The notes below the pieces were generated by a model. It saw only the letters and a list, made by a program, of their open reading frames with translations, had not been told where the DNA came from and ran no database searches. Shown here piece by piece: positions 1 to 10,900 of a stretch of 20,000 nucleotides of DNA. Position 1 is the first letter of the stretch, and every line of letters begins with the position of its first letter. This DNA is from Proteromonas lacertae (lineage: Eukaryota): contig NGBS01001192.1 of the NCBI GenBank assembly GCA_002245135.1, positions 52,845 to 72,844 on the forward strand, read 5' to 3'. The position numbers were made by a program, and so were the translations under genes.

Positions 1-1
1 A

Positions 2-728
2 CAACTAGATTGTAATGGTAATTGTGTTGTAGTTAATTTTTATACTGAAATTATTTCTATAAATGATACTGAAAAGTTTGATGATGGTGAACCAACTCAA
101 GAAGATGATTCAACAAAAACTGATAGATTATTATACGAAAGAGAATTAAAACAAGTTGAAGGAAAAGTATTAACTTTAGATCCAACAATTCCAGAGTATT
201 TAATATCAAAAGAGTATAGTATGGATTTAATAATATTGAAAACAATGGGCTTCACCTCACAGTTATGTAGAGTGTAGTGATAATGGTGTATGTGATAGAT
301 CAACAGGTTTATGTAAATGTAATGAAGGATTTACTGGAGTTGCTTGTCAAATCTTATCAAACTGTCCAAATAATTGTAATAATTATGGCCGTTGCGTTGT
401 GATTGATAAAGCATTAGGAGGAAATGATGAAGATTTACCTGGTTGGGCTGGTCTAAGTACTGAAAAAGTATTATATGGATGTATATGTGATGCAGGTCAT
501 AGAGGTGCAGATTGTTCATTATTGGAATGTCCATCATCTGTTGATCCACAAGGAGCTACAAATGAATGGGAATATGATAGAAGTCTGCAGGATTAATGCA
601 ACCTAAAAGAGGTGGAACAGAGAGATTGTAGTGGAAGAGGTTTATGTAATTATGGAACTGGCACATGTACTTGTTTTGATGGATTTAAAGGAACAGCCTG
701 TGAAGAAATGTCACTGTCACTCATGTAA
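2..728 (+). CDS. 3' part of a Sig1/mastigoneme-like (tenascin-type EGF repeat) protein; 5' end lies outside the window; reading frame disrupted
   Basis: Frame 2 is open from 2 to ~270 (QLDCNGNCVVVNFYTE...). Frame 3 from 240 reads QWASPHSYVECSDNGVCDRSTGLCKCNEGFTGVACQ..CPNNCNNYGRC..YGCICDAGHRGADCSLLECPSSVDP, then QRDCSGRGLCNYGTGTCTCFDGFKGTACEEMSLSLM* (TAA 726-728). The terminal GC.CD.G.RG.DCSL.ECPS..D...RDCSGRG.C.Y.TG.C.CF.G pattern matches stramenopile Sig1/mastigoneme proteins as I recall them. There is a frame change near 196-240 and an in-frame TAA at 594-596. Confidence 0.7.
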
Positions 729-846
729 TTATTTTTAGAGATTTATTCTGCTTTGTGCATTTATTATATTACTTTATTATTGGTGTTTTTGCTTTGATGA
801 AAATGTTAAAACTCATAATAATTATTCTCCTTTGGCTTGAAGTATA

Positions 847-2140
847 ATGAGTGATACTTTGCCAGGTATTGCATCTATTATTATTTTTATTGTAGAAGCA
901 CCTAATACTAACCCAGTAATTGTTACTGGAAACACTGAAACTCTTGTAATAGCAGCGGCTGGTTTCATTTTTGGATGGGTAGCTCAAAAGAGCAGAGTAT
1001 TCAACCCAGGACATATAAAGCACCAATTTCAATTCACAAATTGGGTATAATTGAATTAATTATACCTCATTTATAGATTATGCTTAAATTTTTCATTAGC
1101 GCAACAGTGACAAGTCATTTTGTTTATTCATTTTTAGCTTATTATAACCCTCAAAAATTTCAAACAATTCAAAACAAGAAAAGAATTTTAGTAAATAATG
1201 GTTTACAACCAGCAATTTTCGGTGGATGTTTAGCAGGAATTGGAATGTACTTAAGTGGTGCATGTCCAGGAATGGTCTATATTCAATTTTCAAATGGAAT
1301 TAGATTTTCAATATTCACTTTAGTCGGTTGTTTTATTGGAGCATTAGTATATGGATTGATGAGTGATAGTATACATAGAAAATATGATAAAAATAATTAA
1401 ATAATAGAAATTGAAAAGAAAATGACAAAACAGAATTCAAAAGCAAGAATTGCATGTTTAGATGAATATTTCCAACTCCCATTTTACCATGTAGCACCAA
1501 TATTTGCATTGATTTTATTATTCTTCTTAATTATTATCGAATACAAGTTCCCTTGGAGAAATGATCTTGATATAACTGTTGAAGAAGATGCTGAGACGAT
1601 ATTTGAACAATCTGCTTGGAATCCAATCGTATAATATTATACTACATATATTAATATAATTAATAGTATTGTGGAATAATTGTTGGTCTATTACAGATTC
1701 CAATTGCTTTAATGAGTGAATCTTCATTAGGAACGTATTTAAATATAATTATATAATATTTTAATAGTTCTTCTTCCTATATCACATTAATTAGTCAATT
1801 TTACAATGGAAATGATTATTTCAACAAATTCAGAAGTGGTTGGAATAACTGGTGGCAAGTATTGTTTATGGTTTGCGCATTATTTGGTGGATATATGAGT
1901 TATGATTTAATCGAAAATAAACCTTCAAGTTGGTTAAAGAATAATTTTGTTACACCAGGATTTGGCTTGATTGGAGGATTTTTATTGCTATTTGGATCAA
2001 GGCTTGGTAGAGGATGTGCTAATGGAAATGGTATAAGTGGTATTGGATTGTTGTCTACTTATGGATTTTTGTTTACTATTTCGATGTTTACTTGTGCTAT
2101 ATTGACTGGTATGATTTGTAGATTGGTTAAATTGCCTTGA
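847..2140 (+). CDS. YeeE/YedE family sulfur-compound (thiosulfate-type) transporter, ~373 aa, 5 introns
   Basis: Introns 866-895, 1045-1076, 1369-1407, 1629-1666 and 1735-1767 (all GTAT...TAG) give one open frame. Motifs: GFIFGWVAQKSRVFNP..IKHQFQFTNWIMLKFF, GGCLAGIGMYLSGACPG, GIIVGLLQIP...LGTSSSY, GGFLLLFGSRLGRGCANGNGISG. TGA at 2138-2140. The start is uncertain because of a hydrophobic mini-ORF at 797-847. Confidence 0.9.
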
Positions 2141-2179
2141 TTTTACTATCATTAAGGTTTATTGATTTTATTTGAATTG

Positions 2180-2187
2180 TGTTTGTG
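2180..2187 (+). promoter_or_regulatory. Near-match polyadenylation element TGTTTGTG
   Basis: 7/8 match, 40 nt after the YeeE/YedE stop. Confidence 0.4.
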
Positions 2188-2512
2188 AAATGATATAACG
2201 AGAATAACCAAAATTATATACACTAATATTATAAGGATTTGTATATTACTTAAATTATTAAATACGCATCTTTTGCTAAAGTAACAGGTTTATATGGATG
2301 AAATATACCTCAATATTATGTTAACCCCCATATTTTTCATCTTTAACCTAACACTAAACTTATATTTTATTAAGTAAATATAAACTCACAAAACATATCT
2401 ATAAAATCCTAATATAATAAAAACAATCCGAAAAACACTTCCAAAAAAAAGTGATGAGACAATGAGAAATCACAAAAAACACAAAGAAACAGAAATTGTT
2501 ATTCAAATTGTT

Positions 2513-5500
2513 ATGATGAAAGACTTATTATTTCTTGCATTACTACTCACATTATGCAGTTTTTGTATATATTTTACCTATATACTATAGCGCATGGGTA
2601 TAACTTAAGATCTTCACGAAGATCAAAAGATGAGAAGTGCTACAGATTCAATTTGGTGAATGAAACCACAAAAATATTCATCATGAAAGATGTTGTAGTA
2701 GTTGGAACAACCTTGAAGTACTTATTTGAAGATAAATCTAATGAAACATATTTGACTTTGGTATACAATGCATCAAGAACAGTTGACAGTATAATTTTCA
2801 TATTTACGAATATAGGTCAATCTGTCATCACATTAGAAGATTTAGATTATGAGTCTTCTGTGGTATTTGCTGCGAAACAACAAGATTTAGCAGATTTAAA
2901 ACAATATGCACCAGCTGCTGTAGTTGGAGTAGGAATACATCTTAATACAGATGATAAAGAGTATTTTGCTTCAGAACAACATGCTCAAATCAAAACAAAA
3001 ATCGAAAACTTATTCAAAAGCATAACTGTGAATGATGGAGATATTGCTATTGCCGCAAGTTCTACAAATGAGACAATATCTGGTTTAGTTTATAGTATAC
3101 ATATATAAAAGGATTTTTTAATATTATTAGGACTGTGATGGATCCTATCTTCGTAAAAGAACCTTCAAAACCTCTTGATTTAACAAAATGTTACAAATTT
3201 GACCCAGTTGGAGATTATGGCTCATATTATGTTTATCCAGGGAAGAAGCATGTATATGGAGGATTAGTATTATTAAATGCTTTAAAAGATGTGAAATTTG
3301 AAGGACAATTAGCTATATTAGGTTATATGTTGGATTTTTTAATTGGAAAAACAAGTTTAGTTGCATCGTATATATAAACATAATCATATAATATAATCTA
3401 GAGCTGATATTGATTTTATAAATGTAGAAGACAAGACAAAAATAGATTTAAAATCACTAAGACAAGACTCAGGAATAATAGTATCAGATACTGATAGATT
3501 AATCTCAACAGCAGTAAATGAATGTTCACCAAAGAAATACATTAATGACTTAATTCCACTTAGATGATGTAGTAAAAATGGTAAATAACATTTTAACAAC
3601 AGATAATTCATTAAAAGCCATTCCTATCAATGGCTCCAATTCCACCAAACTTTACACTTTCAATTGATATGATATCTTCATTCTATCCAATGGTAATGCA
3701 GTTTTTTGATGGTTTATATTTGAATGAAAATGATGAACCAACATTATCACTCGATGTTGGAGCTGATGTGACAGTTAGAAAAGTTGGTGAATTACTATAT
3801 TGTAATAAAGTTGCTAATTTAGAGTTAATAGAAATGGGACCAGCAAATCATATTCCAATTCCAAGTAATAAATGTATAGTCATTCCAAAAATGAATAATA
3901 TTATGGGCCAATATGTATATTATGATGGAAAAATGTATACAATGATTAACAGTGTAGATTATGAAGATATTTTGCCTAATGAATTAAAGAATGGTAGTTA
4001 TTCAATTATTCTATCAGCTGGTTTGAAAATGGATGATTATATGAAGAATATTTCTTTTAGCTATATTGATAAAAGAAGCACAAAAATAAGAGCATTAGAT
4101 GCTGATTCGTCTTCTAAATTATCAAATTTAGCAATGAAAGATATATTTATAGGACAAGATGCTGAATTAGATCAATTTTCATTTGATTTAACCACTGAAA
4201 TGATAGAAAAATTCCAAAATGAAATTGATACAAATTTTAATGAATTAACACTCTCCACAATTCATGATAAAATTTCTTACATTAATTTTGTCAATCAAAA
4301 AGATATTGAAGCAAATAGTTATAATAAATATCCACCACCAGAATATATATTAAATGTAATACCAGTAAGACCATCAGGTACAACACCATTAACAGCAGAA
4401 AAGTGTTATAAATTCACAGCTAAACCATATGGTAGTTATTATATTGATCAAAAGAATAAAACATTATACGGAGGTTTATTGTTATCAAATGCATTAGCCA
4501 AAGTGAAATTACCTATTCCAATTAGTATGTTGGAAGGAATATATATCATTGCAAGTTTAAAAGTTGATTATATTCGTGAATCTGAAGTTACAAAAATCAA
4601 TATAACTGGTATATTCAATGATACTTCGATAGTATTTACAGCTCCATCAATGATCACTGCTTTATTAGGAGGAATGATAGCAGAAATAGGAGTAATTAAT
4701 AAACCAATCGAATTACCATTCTTCTTAGAAAATATTGATAAATTAATCACAATGATTAAGAATTTGATGGGAAATACAACTTTGCCTATTCCAGATGGAC
4801 CAATTAGTATTAATAATATTACTGCATTCTTACCAATGGCATATGAATATTTTGATGGATTATTTTTAGGTTTAAGTGGAACTCCAAGTTTTATTATTAC
4901 TGCTATGAATTCTACAGTAGTTGGTTCTGGAAAAGAGATTGATTGTTTAAGTGAAAAGAAATTAGACTATGATGAAAAAGTTCACTTTAATGGAACTTCT
5001 GTTGTTTTTAATCATACAATTGATGGAATTAAAGGAATAGTTCAATTGGATTATGGTAAAGAAGAAAAAGATTCAAGAATTATATATAAAGTAAATGCAA
5101 CAGATTATATGGAAGTTTTACCAAGTGTATTAAAGAATGGTACTTTTCAATATGTTTTAGTGTATTTATAATAATATAAATTTATTTTTATTTTATTTTT
5201 TAAATATAGATTTCCAGTTACTGGTTATCATTATAATCAAGGTGGAGATCATGGAATGTCATTTGCTGAAAAATATTCAAAAGAAATTGGTGAAAAGTTG
5301 TATATAAGAGCATTAGATCAGCAATCAGCAAATATATTAAATTCACTAGGAAATTTAGAAATAGAAACAGGAAAAGATGAGAGATTGAGAGAATTTTTAA
5401 GTGAAGAAAACATAACTTTAATTTATGAAAATATAGCAGAAAATATAAGTAACTGGTTTGTTCATACTGCTGCTTATTATTATTATACTGTTCCTGGTTA

Positions 5501-5708
5501 TAGAGGTAAATTCTATATAAATGGCGGTGGTGGTATTAAAGGAGATTATTATGGATATAGTAGTGGTTATGGAGTTTTTGCTTCTCAAATAACTGATTGT
5601 CCAGAAATCTCTAAAGATGATTCACAAGATGAAAATAATATTTCATCTCATGTTACAATCTCAACAATACTAGGAATAATGATATTATTACTAGTTTTGA
5701 TGATATAG
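2513..5708 (+). CDS. Secreted, probably GPI-anchored surface protein (~1000 aa) with internal ~400-aa repeats; unknown family; contains frameshifts
   Basis: Splicing 2559-2590 gives the signal peptide MMKDLLFLALLLTLCTHG. Further clean introns at 3368-3401 and 5162-5209. A probable intron ending at 3130 does not phase cleanly, and +1 frame changes occur near 3558 and 3625. The C-terminus DDSQDENNISSHVTISTILGIMILLLVLMI* looks like a GPI signal. Confidence 0.75.
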
Positions 5709-5716
5709 AAGATGTA

Positions 5717-5717
<1 letters not shown>

Positions 5718-5747
<30 letters not shown>
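5718..5747. repeat. (TTA)10 microsatellite in the 3' UTR
   Basis: Directly visible. Confidence 0.9.
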
Positions 5748-5748
<1 letters not shown>

Positions 5749-5765
5749 GTTTTTGATGTATATTT

Positions 5766-5773
5766 TGTTTGTT
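5766..5773 (+). promoter_or_regulatory. TGTTTGTT polyadenylation-directing element (Blastocystis-type)
   Basis: Exact octamer 58 nt after the TAG of the GPI-protein gene. Confidence 0.6.
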
Positions 5774-6099
5774 TATCTTTCTGAAAATAAATAAAGAATA
5801 TCATTAGATTGTAATTAATAATCAAAAATATGTGCTCTTGTCAATTCTTTCAAAATCAAGTATTGTTTTATCTAAACATCTTATATTACAATATCACATT
5901 TTTCACAACATTTGGAATGGATAGTCTAGAAATAGCTTTGACATTATAAATTTGATTCTCTATAAGTAATATAACATAATAGAATGATAAAAATGTAAAT
6001 CAATCATGAGAAATTAGCAATAATTGGATCAAGCCACTAAGAAGCTTGAGATCTTTCTTTCAGTTGGTTGATAAAAAACAGTAATATTGACTAAAATAA

Positions 6100-7914
6100 A
6101 TGAATTCCTTTGCTAGTTGGCTGAATGATCACCAATATAAAGTATGTTTTTGGACATTTTATTAATTTTATTGTAGTTGATTAATGATTGCCTACTGAAG
6201 AATAAAATACCTAAAATTCGAGATTTAAATCATGGTTCAGCCAAATTGTTAAAAATAACAAGTATAAACGAACTAGATCAGAAAATAGTGAATGAAGTAG
6301 TTGAAACTATGAATAAAATAAACTATATTGGTATAAAAGGTTTAATGAAATACAAAATAATCGAAATCTACAATAACTCATTATATCGAGTGATGAAAGA
6401 ATATAAAGTAAGTTTAGATGATATAAACCCTGTAAACTATTTTGAAGAAAGTGGTCCATTTGATGTACTGCATGGAATAGTAGAATGCTTAATAGGTCTT
6501 CATGAAAATGGAACATTTCACAGTGATTTAAAACCATCAAATATTTTTTTAAATGAAGAGAATGAAGTGATAATAAGTGATTATTGTAACAATTCATTAT
6601 ATAAAGGAAGAGAAGATTTGATAAGTAGAAGAGGAAAAGACTTATGTTTTATGTGTATTGATGAATTATGTGGAGATGAATTAGATATTAGTAGTGATAT
6701 ATGGAATTTTGGATTAATATTATACTACATAAGAAGTAATAATTATCCATTTTATAATAAAAACATGTTTCAAATTCTACAGAATATTCGAGATGTTAAT
6801 TATATTCAATTCCAATATGAAGATAATAAAGAAGTAATTAATTTTTTATCAAAATTAATACGAGGGAATAAGAATAGTCGTATAAGCATAAATGAATTAA
6901 TGAATGAATTGAACAGTATAAGAATTATATATATTCTTAAAATATATTTTTTGTTTAAATAGAACTAAACCAACCAGAACTTGAAGCAGTTAAACAAGAT
7001 CATCCAGAGGTTAAACCTCAAGCAGTTAATGTAAGAGAAACCGTATTAAATTTAGTAAAAGAAAACAAACAAGAAGAATTAATTGCATATTTTAACTTAT
7101 TATTAGACACTAAAATAGGAGATGAAGTAAGGTGTTTAATTTATGTTATGCTTGGTAATTGTAGTAACAATAAAGTATATTTACGAATAATTATATATAT
7201 TATTATATTTTTAATAGGAAGAATTTCAAGAAGCACTAAAATATTATGAAACTGGATTGAAATATGCAAATAATAATAATAATAAAGAAAAATGTAATAG
7301 TAGAATTGGAAATACATATTTTAATATGGTATTGTTATTTATATATATAAAATTATAGAAGAAATATGAAGAAGCAATTACTTATTTTAGTACTGCATTA
7401 GAATATTCAACAACAAATGAAACGACAGAGTTCATTTATACATGTATAGGAGGATGTTATTTTGCAATAGTATATATAATAATAATAATAATAGTTATAA
7501 ATAATTAGAAAAATTATCAATCATCTTTAACATATCATTTAATGGCATTAGAATTATGTTCTGATGATAATAATATAGCTGTGTCGAAATATAACATTTC
7601 AGAATGTTATTTTCAATTAGGAGATAAAGAAAAATCATTGCTTATCTTAAATGAAGGAAAAGACTTGTCGACTAGTGCTATGACAAAGTTTTTGTACAAT
7701 GAAATTAAGGGTAGATATTGTTATGAATGTGTATATATATATATACATTCTAATTATTATTATTATTGTGTATGAATAGAAAGAAATGGATGAAGTAAGA
7801 AAATGTTTTGAAAATGCTTTAGAATATTTTAAAGATTGTACTGATTTAGAAAAAAAGTCAAATGAAGACAAAGTGAAGGCTATTCATGATATTATGAGTG
7901 AATTAAATAATTAA
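6100..7914 (+). CDS. Divergent protein kinase (possible pseudokinase) with C-terminal TPR repeats, 523 aa, 6 introns
   Basis: Introns 6142-6176, 6916-6962, 7175-7217, 7329-7358, 7470-7508 and 7731-7779 give a 1572-nt open CDS ending TAA 7912-7914. Kinase motifs: HSDLKPSNIFL, ISDYC, SDIWNFG, YPF. TPR motifs: IGNTYFNMKKYEEAITYFSTALE, IGGCYFAIKNYQSSLTYHLMALE, ISECYFQLGDKEKSL. Confidence 0.9.
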
Positions 7915-7965
7915 TTCAAAAGATAATAAAACAATATATATATAACATTATTTATTGTAATAATT

Positions 7966-10900
7966 CTACACCACAACTCTATTATCTCTTTCACTTCTAA
8001 CTTCATCTTCATATTTTTTCCTCTTCTTTATCAGCACATACACAATAACAACCATCAACACTAAAAACACGACCAAAGTACATATTGTCACACTCAAAAT
8101 CAATTCAGAAGAGAAGTTACAATTATTAAACTCCTTTTCCCAATAAGCTTCATTATTTGAATTAATCTTACATTTTCTATACTTCAAACCAACTTGATTT
8201 TTTCCACAACTTTCTAATATAATAACAATAATATGATATATATATATATAAACATACTTTCATTTGCTGTATTTGCTTCAGTTTCTTCCCATTCTCCATC
8301 TCTCTTACAATATTGATCTAATATAATACAGAATAATATATAATAAATACTTATAATATCAATTGTTATATTCAAAGTAACACTATTTCCTTTCATATTA
8401 ATTATCTCAAAATCATATACATTTTTAGGTGTTCTTTCTTTACATAATCCACTGATAGTTCCTAAATTACTTGATAACTTTAAAAGCGGAGGTAAATCTG
8501 GTTTTACTGAATAAGTCAATCCTTCTCCAACAACTGTAAATATCATTCGATTAATCAATAATTCACCATGAATAAATGACACTTCTTTTTCATAAGATAC
8601 TATAACTGGATAATCTCGATAAACAAATGTCAATTTAATAATTCCTTGCTTTCTGCCTTTTCCATTATCAAATATGAATGAATAGTCTTTTTCTCTTTCA
8701 TTTGGATATTTTAATAATCTTCCACTAATTTTTCCAGTATATCTATTAAACGTTAAACCATCTGGTAAAGAAGGATTAACGAAATATTCCATATTTTTTC
8801 CTTTTATAATAAACAGTGATAGATCAGTATATAATTCACCCATATAAAAAGTATATTGTTCATATATAAACTGTATTACTGGATATGGTAATAAAACAAC
8901 ATTCATTTTAATTATTACACTTTTAGTGTTGTTTTCATTATCTTCTTCGTTTGGATTTAGTTTATTTGTACTGATTATTTGATAATCAATCCAATCTTCT
9001 TCTTCTACATCTACTACACCACTTATCAAACCATTTTCTTCGTTAATCTTTAAATTATCTGGTAAATGTGGAATGGTTCTAATCTTTTTATTCTTTCCAG
9101 TTGCTTTTACTAACTCTAAATCAGTATATGTAAAACCTGAATAGTATGTATAGTTATCAACTACACTTCGAAGTGTTAAGTAATCAGGTTCTTTGATTAT
9201 TATAGTGACTTGTAAAACGGCTTGACCAAAGTCATTATTTGCTATAATATTAAACAGTTTATTTGCATTCTCATCATTTTCATTAGCATTTTCAGCAATT
9301 CCATTAACTAAACCAGTTTTAGGATTCATAATTAAATTATAAGGTAATTCTGGCAAGATTGTGAAATTCAAGTTTTTCCCAATACAATTGAATATTCTTT
9401 CATTTGTATATAATGTTCCTGCATAGAAAATTATTGGATTACCAGTCACATTCACAAACTTTGGCTCGTCTGGCTCGACAACTTCTAAATCTAAAAATAG
9501 AGGAGTTTCACCATAATCATTCCAAACAGTAAACTTATACGTTTTCAATTCACTTGGATCATTTACCTGTCCAAAAATCCAACCAATAGAATCATTAGAA
9601 ATCTGTAAAGAAAATGGTAATACTGATTCAACTCTAATCTTCATTTTATAACCACTCAATTCAAATATTTTTTCATTATATCTATTCCCAGCAATATATG
9701 TGATTTTATCATAATATTGATGTATTAAATATGGTGGAGTTGGACAAGTATTATCTACTTCACTCCAAGTTGGATTTCTACCTGTAGAACAATAATAAGT
9801 TCGATTATAACCAACTAAATCAGAGAATGGACATGTTGGAACTATCACATATTCACCACTATGAGTAACTGGTAATGTATAATTATATATATATAATTCA
9901 CTGCAGAAATAACGATGGCATATTCCTAAGTTAATGTCATTGATTGTCATCTTTAAATTATTTTGATCTTGTTGTTGTATTTCAGTTATATTGATCATTA
10001 TTTCATTTCCTACATTCTCTAGAATATTGGTGGAAAAAACTGAACTACTGGATTGTAAAATATCTTTATTAATTGGTTTATATTCAATATTATCATGATC
10101 TGATACAATAATATAAGTATCAACAGTAGAATTTGATTTTGAGGATAATATAATATGTTTTGGTTTTTCATTTGGATATAGTCTATCATTATCACTATTA
10201 ATTCTATAACTTATATTATTGATAAAGTAATAATTTCTTAAACCAAAATCATAGATTACATAACTTTCACTATTATATTTTCCATCATTTTCATATACAT
10301 CACTCCATTGAGTATATATGTTATTATCAAATACATTCTTTACATCATATTGTTGTTGTTGTATTTGATTATTATTATTATTATTATAAACCCAATTACT
10401 TGAATCAATAATTCTCCCACTTTCATGGTTTAATATAAAACAATCATTATCAGAATTTAATTCATATAATCTCACTTTTAAATCAGCTGTTTGGATAATT
10501 CTATTTATTCCGTTATATATTTCAATACCTAAAACTGGAGGATATCTATTTAACAATTCACTTGGTAAAATATATCTTGTTGATATTCTTGTTGAATCTG
10601 TTTCTTTTGCTATATCTTCATTTAATTTAACTCCATCTATATAAACAATCAAATTACATGAATATTCAATATATAGGTAAAATGAAGGAAAAGAAATATT
10701 TGTGGAAGGAATATAAGGTAAAGAAGTACGAATTAATAATCTATTCGTATTTTGATCCATAAATTTTTCTATTTTATCAAAATTTGGTATTGTAACATTC
10801 TTCCAATTACTGTTTTCATTATTATTAAAAGTAGTTTTATTATACCATAAATTCTCAATTTCACAATTATCAGGAATAACAAATTCTTCATTACAACTAT

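Noticed and set aside
797..847. Hydrophobic mini-ORF MKMLKLIIIILLWLEV* as a separate gene
   Set aside because: Too short. It may be the frameshifted true N-terminus of the YeeE/YedE gene or a uORF; this cannot be resolved without reads.
1398..1421. In-frame TAA between same-frame ORFs suggesting stop-codon reassignment (ciliate-type code)
   Set aside because: The TAA lies inside a canonical 39-nt intron (1369-1407). Genes here end with TAA, TAG and TGA, and the long exons have no internal stops.
57..1727. Short minus-strand ORFs from the track (57-245, 97-303, 331-549, 769-1032, 1096-1293, 1527-1727) and similar ones elsewhere
   Set aside because: They are antisense to well-supported genes and have no recognisable motifs.
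3556..3567. CTT AGA TGA resembling a Ty1-type +1 programmed frameshift site
   Set aside because: It is not the canonical CTT AGG C. The other frame breaks share no motif, and indel errors are evident elsewhere in the window.
7064..7071. TGTTTGTT on the minus strand (AACAAACA)
   Set aside because: It sits inside kinase-TPR coding sequence (ENKQ codons), ~900 nt beyond the nearest minus-strand stop, so it is probably chance.
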